Under the pieces are notes generated by a model, which saw only the letters and a program-made list of their open reading frames with translations, was not told the DNA's origin and searched no databases. The translations under genes and the position numbers were made by a program. Positions 30,286 through 38,032 of a stretch of DNA of 64,000 bases are shown piece by piece; position 1 is the first letter of the stretch, and every line of letters starts with the position of its first letter. The DNA is from Candidatus Poribacteria bacterium. Its GTDB lineage: Bacteria > Poribacteria > WGA-4E > GCA-2687025. The DNA lies in contig OY762492.1 of assembly GCA_963665845.2 (NCBI GenBank), positions 3,040,001 to 3,104,000 of the forward strand, given 5' to 3'.

Positions 30286-31101
30286 TTACCGTTTCAATTG
30301 CGCCCAGCGGGTCGCAAGCTTGTCTTTTGGATCGACCGAGAGCGAGGCGGGTTCTTCGGTGACCTGATCAGCCAGTTCATGCGCATCGTCCAAGTCGCCA
30401 GGTCCGAGCGCAAGGTAGTACACAAGCGGATCGCTTGATTCGTCCTCCTTCAGATTGACGCCCTGTTCATTGTGAAGCAGATGCATGCGTCCGTCTCCCC
30501 CGCCCCCCCAAGCGGCATTGAACGCCGTTGCGCCGACTTCGGTGTACATGGCAAAATAAGAGCCGTCGGTCTCCATCGCCACATGGGGGAACGGGTCGTC
30601 CCACTCCATATATTGGTTGCCTGCGCCTTTGCCGTTGTGCGGCTCCACCATCGGTTCGTGACCGTGGCTGAGCGACAACACCGGATTTTTCGCCGTCACG
30701 ACCAGCTCATGTTTGAAATACGGCGCGCCGTCCCAGTAGGTGGCGGTGACTTCATAAACTTTGCTTTTGTTGTCGTCCACGGTGTATTTCATGATGAGCG
30801 TTTTGTTGGTGTTGGAAATCTCTTTCACATCCACCGCCATTCCCCAGTCTGTCCAGCCGGCGTAGTTGGCGGAATGGTAGAAATTGCGCCCTGCCGCTCC
30901 GAAGAGCGACTCCGCCCCCGCTTCAGTGGAGGGGAACGCTTGCGAGTAGCCCGCCTGCGCCGCTACTTTGAAATGCAGCACATAACTATCGGTTTGGATG
31001 GTCCAGACGCCGCCGTTTTCATCCACTTCCACGGCGCCGAGATCCGATGCGAACGCCACCAAAAAGCAAAGGGCGGCGGCAGCCGTCAACAGCCTTTTCA
31101 T
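30286..31101 (-). CDS. Secreted protein, family A paralog 2, C-terminal VDPKDKLATRWAQLK motif
   Basis: Signal peptide; shared FYH..Y.GW..WG, TYWDG.PY, HEPM, DGRMHL motifs. Confidence 0.85.
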   Translation of the reverse strand: MKRLLTAAAALCFLVAFASDLGAVEVDENGGVWTIQTDSYVLHFKVAAQAGYSQAFPSTEAGAESLFGAAGRNFYHSANYAGWTDWGMAVDVKEISNTNKTLIMKYTVDDNKSKVYEVTATYWDGAPYFKHELVVTAKNPVLSLSHGHEPMVEPHNGKGAGNQYMEWDDPFPHVAMETDGSYFAMYTEVGATAFNAAWGGGGDGRMHLLHNEQGVNLKEDESSDPLVYYLALGPGDLDDAHELADQVTEEPASLSVDPKDKLATRWAQLKR

Positions 31102-31224
31102 TTTTCAGCCTCCTTTCAATCAGCCAGCCGAGCCTCCCGCTGAAAAGGAAACTCGGCGTAAAATAGAATGAACGCCTTTTTTTACCATATCTTATCGGCG
31201 GCGTCAACATACAATGCAAAGCGT

Positions 31225-31380
31225 CGCGCGGCTAAAACCCCCCTAGCCCCCCTTTTCAAGGGGGGAATCGGACGCGGCGCCTTCAAGGGGGAATCGAGCG
31301 CCGCGCTTTCAAGGGGGAATCGAACGCCGCGCGGCTAAAACCCCCCTAACCCCCTTTTCAAGGGGGAATCGGATGCGGCG
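31225..31380. repeat. Cluster of CCCCCCTAGCCCCCCTTTTCAAGGGGGGAATCG repeats
   Basis: Four TTCAAGGGGGAATCG units in ~150 bp. Confidence 0.85.
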
Positions 31381-31386
31381 CCGTAC

Positions 31387-32205
31387 TCAAAACGAGCGTT
31401 TCAAATCCGCCCAGCGCATCGCCAGCTTCTCCGCCGGGTCAACCGACAGCGACGCCGGCTCCTGCGTAACCTGTTCAGCCAGATCATGCGCGTCGTCCAG
31501 ATCGCCCGTTCCCGCCGCCATGTAGTACACCAGCGGATCGCTCGAATCGCCCTCTTTTAGTTGGACGCCAAGATCGTTGTGGCTCAGATGCATGCGCCCG
31601 TCCGGCGCCCATCCGCCGGCAGCGATGGCGGTTCCCATCTCCGTATACAACGCGAAAAAGCCGTTCTCATTCGCAAACGCCGCATGCGCAATCGGAGCGT
31701 CCCAAGCCTGATATTCGTTGTCGGCGCCCATGCCGTTTCGAGGCTCGCTCATCGGCTCATGGTTGTCTGAAAACGAAACGACAGGCTTTTTCGCCTTCAC
31801 AACCACCTCATGTTTCCAGTACGGCGCGCCGTCCCAGTAGGTGGCGGTGACCTCATACACTTTGCTGTCGCCGTCGTCCAAGGTGTAGCGCATGATGAGC
31901 GTGTTGTTGGCGTTGGAAATCTCCTCCACATCCACCGCGGTTCCCCAGTCTATCCAACCGTTGTAATTGGCGGCGTGGTAGAATGTTCGCGGCTGCCCCG
32001 CGCCGAAGAGCGACTCCGCCCCCGCTTCAATGGAGGGGAACGCTTGAGAGTAGCCCGCCCGCGCCTCTACTTTGAAATGCAACGCGTAACGATCGGTTTG
32101 GATGGTCCAGACGCCGCCGTTTTCATCCACTTCCACGGCGCCGAGATCCGATGCGAACGCCGCCAAAAAGCAAAGGGCGGCGGCAATCGTCAACAGCCTT
32201 TTCAT
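31387..32205 (-). CDS. Secreted protein, family A paralog 3 (mosaic), C-terminal VDPAEKLAMRWADLK motif
   Basis: N-terminus near-identical to paralog 2, C-terminal half near-identical to paralog 4. Confidence 0.85.
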   Translation of the reverse strand: MKRLLTIAAALCFLAAFASDLGAVEVDENGGVWTIQTDRYALHFKVEARAGYSQAFPSIEAGAESLFGAGQPRTFYHAANYNGWIDWGTAVDVEEISNANNTLIMRYTLDDGDSKVYEVTATYWDGAPYWKHEVVVKAKKPVVSFSDNHEPMSEPRNGMGADNEYQAWDAPIAHAAFANENGFFALYTEMGTAIAAGGWAPDGRMHLSHNDLGVQLKEGDSSDPLVYYMAAGTGDLDDAHDLAEQVTQEPASLSVDPAEKLAMRWADLKRSF

Positions 32206-32321
32206 CTATCAGCCTCCTTTCAATCAGCCCGTCAAGCCTCCGGCTGAAAGGAAACTCGGCGCAAAGTAAAACGAACGCCTTTTTACCATATCTTATCGGA
32301 GGCGTCAACATCCAATGCAAA

Positions 32322-33346
32322 GGGGACTACTTACTTAACTAACCTCGCGTTTTGCGCTAGTATACATGCTAGTCATGGCACAAGGAGCAATCCGATGCAG
32401 TTTAGCAGCCTTTACGATTTATTCGAGCAGATTCCAAACGAGAAAGCAGCCGCGCGGTTCTTTGAGCAGCATCGCTGGCCAGACGGCAGATGCTGTCCCA
32501 AATGCGGCTCCAAAAACACGATGCGCGTCCAAAATGTGAAACCGATGCCGTTTCGATGCCGAACCTGCCGCAAGCATTTTAGCGTCCGGACCGAAACCTT
32601 GATGGCGAACAGCAGGCTTGCGCTCCGCAAGTGGATCTTAGCGATTTACCTGATGCATACCTCGCGCATGGGCATCTCCAGCGTTGAGATGGCAAAAAAG
32701 ATCGGAACGACGCAGAAGACGGCATGGTCCCTAGGCCACCGCATTCGAGCCGCAATGGTGAGCGACGACGAAATGCTGAGCGGCATCGTGGAGGCGGACG
32801 AGACCTACATCGGCGGCATCGAGACAAAAAAGCATCGCAGGAAAAAGCTGGGCATCGGAAGCGGAACCAGCGGGAAGCAGCCTGTGATGGGCATGCGTCA
32901 AAGAAACGGCGAGATCCGCGCATTTCTGCTGGACAATGAGCTCAAGAAAACGCTGCAGGATGCTGTAAGGGCGAACGTGGCGTCCGGTTCGTCCCTTTAT
33001 ACCGACGCTCTTTCGTCTTACCAGGGCATGCTGGAATACAGGCATGCCTATGTCTCGCATCAGAAAGGCGAGTATGTTCGCGGCGATGTTCACACCAACA
33101 GCATCGAGTCGTTCTGGGCCGTGCTGAAACGCGGGTATCGCGGCGTTTACCATTTCATGTCGTTTAAACATCTGGGTCGCTACGTCAGCGAATTTGTGTA
33201 TCGTTTCAATGTTGGCGTCGACAACAGCTTGGACACGATCGGCAAGCTGATTCCGCGCATGGTTGGCAAATGCCTTACTTACGCGGAGCTGAAAGGAGAA
33301 GGCGGCGTAAAACGACAGCAAAAGGCTATCTAGGGATATAGGCCCC
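32322..33346 (+). mobile_element. IS1595-family insertion sequence
   Basis: Imperfect TIRs GGGGACTACTTACTTAACT / GGGGCCTATATCCCTAGAT; no target-site duplication seen; ends approximate. Confidence 0.7.
32395..33333 (+). CDS. IS1595-family transposase
   Basis: RWPDG..CPKC..CRTC zinc ribbon, HTH, VEADETYIGG, YTD, HTNSIESFW, YVSEFVYRFN. Confidence 0.95.
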   Translation: MQFSSLYDLFEQIPNEKAAARFFEQHRWPDGRCCPKCGSKNTMRVQNVKPMPFRCRTCRKHFSVRTETLMANSRLALRKWILAIYLMHTSRMGISSVEMAKKIGTTQKTAWSLGHRIRAAMVSDDEMLSGIVEADETYIGGIETKKHRRKKLGIGSGTSGKQPVMGMRQRNGEIRAFLLDNELKKTLQDAVRANVASGSSLYTDALSSYQGMLEYRHAYVSHQKGEYVRGDVHTNSIESFWAVLKRGYRGVYHFMSFKHLGRYVSEFVYRFNVGVDNSLDTIGKLIPRMVGKCLTYAELKGEGGVKRQQKAI

Positions 33347-33484
33347 TTTTCAAGGGGGAATCGGACGAGGCGCCTTCAAGGGGGGAATCTGACCTCATGC
33401 TTAAAGTTGGGACATTTGAACCGACAATCGCTCTATTCATGGGAAAAAGGCGCCGCCAACCAGACCGTCATTTGTATGATGACA

Positions 33485-33676
33485 TTGCCCCTCGAGTTAG
33501 CGCATACTTAAGGGGTAGCGCGGTGAGACTCCAGACCGTCTTGGGCGCGTTGCTTCGCAGCGGCGCCGTGCGGGAGTATCGAGAGCCGCGCAAAGAAGAC
33601 AAGAAAGACCGGAGGCTCCGCACAGATACCGTGTTCTTGTTACAGAATACAAGTAAGGAGGCCGGTCCTTCTTGTC
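33485..33676 (+). ncRNA. Predicted IS110 bridge RNA (5' stem-loop, target-binding loop, donor-binding loop)
   Basis: Guides CCAGACCGTC (33531-33540), GCGGGAGTATC (33570-33580), CACAGATAC (33621-33629), ATACAAGTA (33647-33655) match flanks/ends; enclosing stems visible; exact transcript ends unknown. Confidence 0.85.
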
Positions 33677-33701
33677 CTTTTCTCCCGAAAGGAGAACGAA
33701 A

Positions 33702-34891
33702 ATGAACATACCACGCCACGACGAAAACAGCAACAAATCGCCGCCGGAATCGACGTGTCCAAAGACACGCTTGAAATCTCCATCAACGGCGGGGAAACCT
33801 CCACCATTAAAAACGCCGCGAGCCCCATCAAGCGGTTCATCAAACGCCTCCTGACGACCCACTCCAACATCAACATGGTCGTCTTTGAACCGACCGGCGG
33901 ATACGAGCGGAAACTGGCGTCGCTGCTCGCCGAAGCAGAGATCCCTTACCGCCGCTGCCATCCAAACTTTGCCCATAACTTCATCCGCTCCTACAGCGTC
34001 CGCGCCAAGACCGACGCGCTGGACGCCAAGATGCTCGCGCTGTATGGGCTGAGCCGCGATCTGGAACCAACGAAACCGATCGATCCGGTCGTGAAAAAGG
34101 CTCGCCGCTGGATGACGATACGCATGCAGCTGGTGAAAACGATCACTCAGTGGACCAATCGGAAGCATCTGCTGGACGGCGAGGCGACCAAGGATGCGAC
34201 CGAAGAGATCATCCAGTCCCTGAAAGAGAGGCGCGACGCGGCGGAGCGGGAAGCTCTGGCATTGGTCAAGAAAGAGGCAGAGCTTCGCGAGAAGTTCAGC
34301 CTGTTGAAGAGCATTCCGGGCTTCGGGGCTCTCATTTCCGCGTATCTGGTTCTTTATGTGCCGGAGTTGGGCAATCGGAGCGGCCGTCAGATCTGTTCCC
34401 TGCTTGGTTTGGCTCCTTGGGCGCGCGAGAGCGGGAAGTTGACAGGTCGCCGCCGCATTTGGGGCGGTCGGAGCGATGTTCGCGCGCTTCTGTATATGTC
34501 GGCGATGTCGGCGATACAGTATAACCCGGACATGAAGGCGTTTTACGAGCGTCTGACGGATCGCGGCAAGCCTGGGAAGGTCGCGCTTACGGCGGTGATG
34601 CGGAAGTTGGCGGTTCTTGCGAACGCGATTCTGAAGCGTGGAACGCCTTGGGTTCCCTTGGATGAGTTGCATTCTTTGATTTCATCGGAAGAGTCGGCGT
34701 CTTCCGATGAGCAGGATGAAACAGCGGCTGCGGCGCCATCGGAAGAGTCGGGGTCTTCCGATGCGTCGGTCGCGGCGCCGACCGGAACATCTGCGTCTTT
34801 GGATGAAGCTGACGGGGAGGCGCTGCCGGCGCCTGGAGAAGCGCCGGCGGCGTCTTCCGATCCGCAGTCAAGCGACAGGACGCAAGGCTGA
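33702..34891 (+). CDS. IS110-family DEDD recombinase/transposase with an apparent frameshift near the 5' end
   Basis: GIDVSK, FEPTG, KTDALDA, ESGK; RBS+ATG at 33702 is out of frame with the main ORF by one base near 33735. Confidence 0.88.
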
Positions 34892-35217
34892 TGAAAACAT
34901 CTTTCCGAAATTTCGCTGCGGCGGCTCCTTCGGTTCTGCCGAAAAAGATCCGCCGCGGCGACTTTCTGGACTACGGAGAACGAGATATGGTTGACTTTGA
35001 ACACAGATACTCCCGCGCAAGCGGGAATCCAGAGTCCACCTCGAAACCGTCCGCGTTTCCATGCCGACATGTCCCTACTTTAGGCGTGAGGTAAGAGACT
35101 CCCCCTTGAAAAGGCGTTTACGGGCGCGGCGTCCGATTCCCCCTTGAAAAGGGGGCTAGGGGGGTTTTCTGCGCCGCCTTAAGATTCCCGCGCGTTTTAC
35201 CGCAAGGGCGGGGATGT

Positions 35218-36546
35218 TCATGTCCAAGACGCAAAAACGGCGTTGTATTCAGGGTCGGTGCGATGGTTCCAAGGGACGGTCAGATCTTGCCAAAGACAGC
35301 TGTACGCGGCGGGATTGACCGAGCGCATTGCATCGGCGTATTCCACCGTAAAACGCCGGCAAGCGGAGCATTCGTTCAGCGCGGCAGTTTCATCGGCAAA
35401 CGCGCGCAGGCGCACGGCTGTCGACGGATACGCCGCCTCAACCGCTTCAACCGCCCGGCGCGGCGCGCCGAGATGCATCGCCAGCGCGAGCGGATCCAAC
35501 GTATAGGCGAGCAGCGTCTTGCTGACGGAACGCCCGCGAACGTCCCCCAGCGGATACTCGGTGAACCAGCAGCATGGGTAGGCGTATCCGCCGTTGACGG
35601 CGATCTGGTCGTCCCCGTCGGAACCGAGAAAGCCGCGCGCCCCCGCATGCCGGCTGCAGTATCGAACGCCGTTGTCCCGCTCTGAAATCAGCCCGGCGCG
35701 CACAGCGCGGATGTTCGGCGCCAGGTCTTCAATGATGAACCCGTCAAAACGGTTCTGAATGTCGGCTCCGAAAAAGTGAACGGAGAGAACGCGCGGATCG
35801 TCCGGCAGCTCCTGAAAATTGCCGCTTTTGACAACGACCGTTTGAATTTGTTTCAGGTTCTCTTGGATGCGCGCATAATGTCGAAGCCGCTCCTCAAACT
35901 GCTCCTGCGTCGACGAACCGCGCCCATGGTAGATGTCCATGCTGGCGATGACGAGACGGCGCAGACCGCAGCGTTGAAGCGCCCGTATCGTCTCGACGCA
36001 TCGGCGCGGCGACAGGAGAAAATCGCCGTTCGTTTGGAGCGACAGCATCAGATTGGGGCCGTAACGCTCGAAGCAGAGGCGCAGCGTGTGGAGTGTCAAC
36101 GGAAGCGTCTCTGGCATGAGCGTCTCCCCGCCGCTGATTTCGATCTCCCGCAGCGGAAATGGCAGGAAAGCGACCGTCTCTTCGATCTCCCGCTCTGTCA
36201 TGGAGACGCCGTTCGGGCCGGAGCCGTTCAGGCAGTGGGCGCATGTTCGGAATTGGACGCCGCCGTTGTCGTCTGCATAGGCGCGTCCGTTGTTGCAGCG
36301 GGTTGTGATGACGAAATAGACCGAGTCTTTACGGGCAAGGTCGGGCGGCAGGACAGCGTTTTCCAGCGCGTTCCAGAAGGACGGCTCCGCCGCGGCGCGC
36401 GTCAAGCGGGCAAATCCATCGGCGCCGAGACCCGCCTCTTCAGCCGCCTCTTCGATGCGCAGATTCAGCGGGCGATCGTCGTTCCGATTTAAAAACGAAG
36501 GCGACCGAACCGCCCTAGCCCAAGCGTATAAATTCTCAAGCGCCAT
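35218..36546 (-). CDS. Radical SAM protein with non-canonical CX17CX2C motif and C-terminal Cys cluster
   Basis: ITTRC-17aa-CAHC, SGGE, QTNG, SMDIYH, YC...YPCC...LGDV...CSAC; GAGGAG RBS. Confidence 0.8.
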   Translation of the reverse strand: MALENLYAWARAVRSPSFLNRNDDRPLNLRIEEAAEEAGLGADGFARLTRAAAEPSFWNALENAVLPPDLARKDSVYFVITTRCNNGRAYADDNGGVQFRTCAHCLNGSGPNGVSMTEREIEETVAFLPFPLREIEISGGETLMPETLPLTLHTLRLCFERYGPNLMLSLQTNGDFLLSPRRCVETIRALQRCGLRRLVIASMDIYHGRGSSTQEQFEERLRHYARIQENLKQIQTVVVKSGNFQELPDDPRVLSVHFFGADIQNRFDGFIIEDLAPNIRAVRAGLISERDNGVRYCSRHAGARGFLGSDGDDQIAVNGGYAYPCCWFTEYPLGDVRGRSVSKTLLAYTLDPLALAMHLGAPRRAVEAVEAAYPSTAVRLRAFADETAALNECSACRRFTVEYADAMRSVNPAAYSCLWQDLTVPWNHRTDPEYNAVFASWT

Positions 36547-36582
36547 CCGCTCTCCTCTTTACCCCGATAAGTTTAGGTTAAC

Positions 36583-36749
36583 GGACCTTACGTCTTTAGT
36601 TGGATCGTTCCACTTGGCAAACGCGAACGTCTTCTGAGGCGCCTCTAGATTCCCGCTTGCGCGGGAATGACGCCTCGCGGGGCGGAGGCTTTTCTACTGA
36701 CCATCGCGGCTCGTTCATGACGATGTCCCAACTTTACGCATGAGGTCAG
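36583..36749. repeat. MITE-like element copy
   Basis: GACCTTACGTCTTTAGTTGG ... TGTCCCAACTTTACGCATGAGGTCAG with internal hairpin. Confidence 0.75.
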
Positions 36750-36867
36750 CCATCCGCCTCCCCTTTACGCTCATAGTGTAGGTTAAAAAGGAGCGCGGCG
36801 CAAACTTGACGCAGCCGACCCTTTCATGTAGCATGCCGACGCTAAGCAGATCGAATGGAGGAAGCGT

Positions 36868-37680
36868 ATGAAACGGTTGTTATGCGCCGCCGCCGTATTG
36901 ACCGCGGTCGGCGCGGTTGAGGCGTTTGCCGTGAACGTAACCGAAAACAACGGCGTCTGGATCATTGAAACCGATACGTATGTACTGCATTTCAGAGAGG
37001 AGAACCGCGCCGGTTATTCAGAAATCTACCCGTCCAGGCTGTTGGACGCGACATCGCTTGTGGGTCCCGATCAGCCGCGCTCGTTTTACCATTCGGCGCA
37101 GTACGACGGATGGGTTCAGTGGGGCAACGCGGTGAGCGTTGACGAGGTCTTAAACGAAAAGAAAACGCTCATCATGGAGTATCAGGTGGACGACGGGAAC
37201 AGCAAGCGGTATCTCGTCACGGCAACCTACTGGGACGGCGCGCCGTACTGGAAACATGAGGTGGTTGTGAAGGCGAAAAAGCCTGTCGTTTCGTTTTCAG
37301 ACAACCATGAGCCGATGAGCGAGCCGCGCAACGGCATGGGCGCCGACAACGAATACCAGGCTTGGGACGCTCCGATTGCGCATGCGGCGTTTGCGAATGA
37401 GAACGGCTTTTTCGCGTTGTATACGGAGATGGGAACCGCCATCGCTGCCGGCGGATGGGCGCCGGACGGGCGCATGCATCTGAGCCACAACGATCTTGGC
37501 GTCCAACTAAAAGAGGGCGATTCGAGCGATCCGCTGGTGTACTACATGGCGGCGGGAACGGGCGATCTGGACGACGCGCATGATCTGGCTGAACAGGTTA
37601 CGCAGGAGCCGGCGTCGCTGTCGGTCAACCCGGCGGAGAAGCTGGCGGCGCATTGGGCGGAGTTAAAACGCTCGTTTTGA
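36868..37680 (+). CDS. Secreted protein, family A paralog 4, C-terminal VNPAEKLAAHWAELK motif
   Basis: GGAGG RBS, signal peptide, family motifs; TTGACG-N17-TAGCAT at 36806-36834. Confidence 0.85.
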   Translation: MKRLLCAAAVLTAVGAVEAFAVNVTENNGVWIIETDTYVLHFREENRAGYSEIYPSRLLDATSLVGPDQPRSFYHSAQYDGWVQWGNAVSVDEVLNEKKTLIMEYQVDDGNSKRYLVTATYWDGAPYWKHEVVVKAKKPVVSFSDNHEPMSEPRNGMGADNEYQAWDAPIAHAAFANENGFFALYTEMGTAIAAGGWAPDGRMHLSHNDLGVQLKEGDSSDPLVYYMAAGTGDLDDAHDLAEQVTQEPASLSVNPAEKLAAHWAELKRSF

Positions 37681-37703
37681 GTACGGCGCCGCATCCGATT
37701 CCC

Positions 37704-37893
37704 CTGACCTTACGTCTTAAGTTGGGACATGTCGGCATGCGAACGCGGACGTCTTCTGCGGCGCCTCTAGATTCCCGCTTACGCGGGAATGCATGTCCTC
37801 GCGTAAGCGGGGGACGGTTTGGTTGGCTGCGCCTTTTTCCCATGAATAAAGCGATTGTCGGTTCAAATGTCCCAACTTTATGCATGAGGTCAG
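37704..37893. mobile_element. MITE-like element copy, reverse orientation to the 8021 copy
   Basis: CTGACCTTACGTCTTAAGTTGGGACA ... TGTCCCAACTTTATGCATGAGGTCAG. Confidence 0.8.
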
Positions 37894-38032
37894 CGGACAT
37901 CTTCTACGGGGCCTCTGGATTCCCGCTTACGCGGGAATGACGATCTGCGGAGAAGAGGGCGGGTCCAAATGCGCAGGGATGACAGGACAGGCGGCGGGCT
38001 GTATGCTTTGACCAAAACCGAAAGGGCGGAAT

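Larger units (their letters stand above)
33473..35011 (+). mobile_element. IS110-family element inserted in a REP/MITE repeat
   Basis: Left junction ACCGTCA-TT-TGTATG, right junction ACAGATA-CT-CCCGCG; removing the element restores GTCATTCCCGCGCAAGCGGGAATCC. Confidence 0.92.

Noticed and set aside
33497-34672. 391-aa antisense ORF over the IS110 gene, and other long antisense ORFs (e.g. 23574-24752, 28894-30153)
   Set aside because: Shadow frames of GC-rich genes with no recognisable motifs
29428-37680. Diversity-generating retroelement template/variable repeat pair
   Set aside because: No reverse transcriptase in the window and the few differences are not adenine-specific
31363-37704. Piv-like site-specific invertible cassette driven by the IS110 protein
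   Set aside because: The IS110 has its own ends and its guides match the REP flank, not the paralog genes; no short recombination sites seen at the inverted-repeat boundaries
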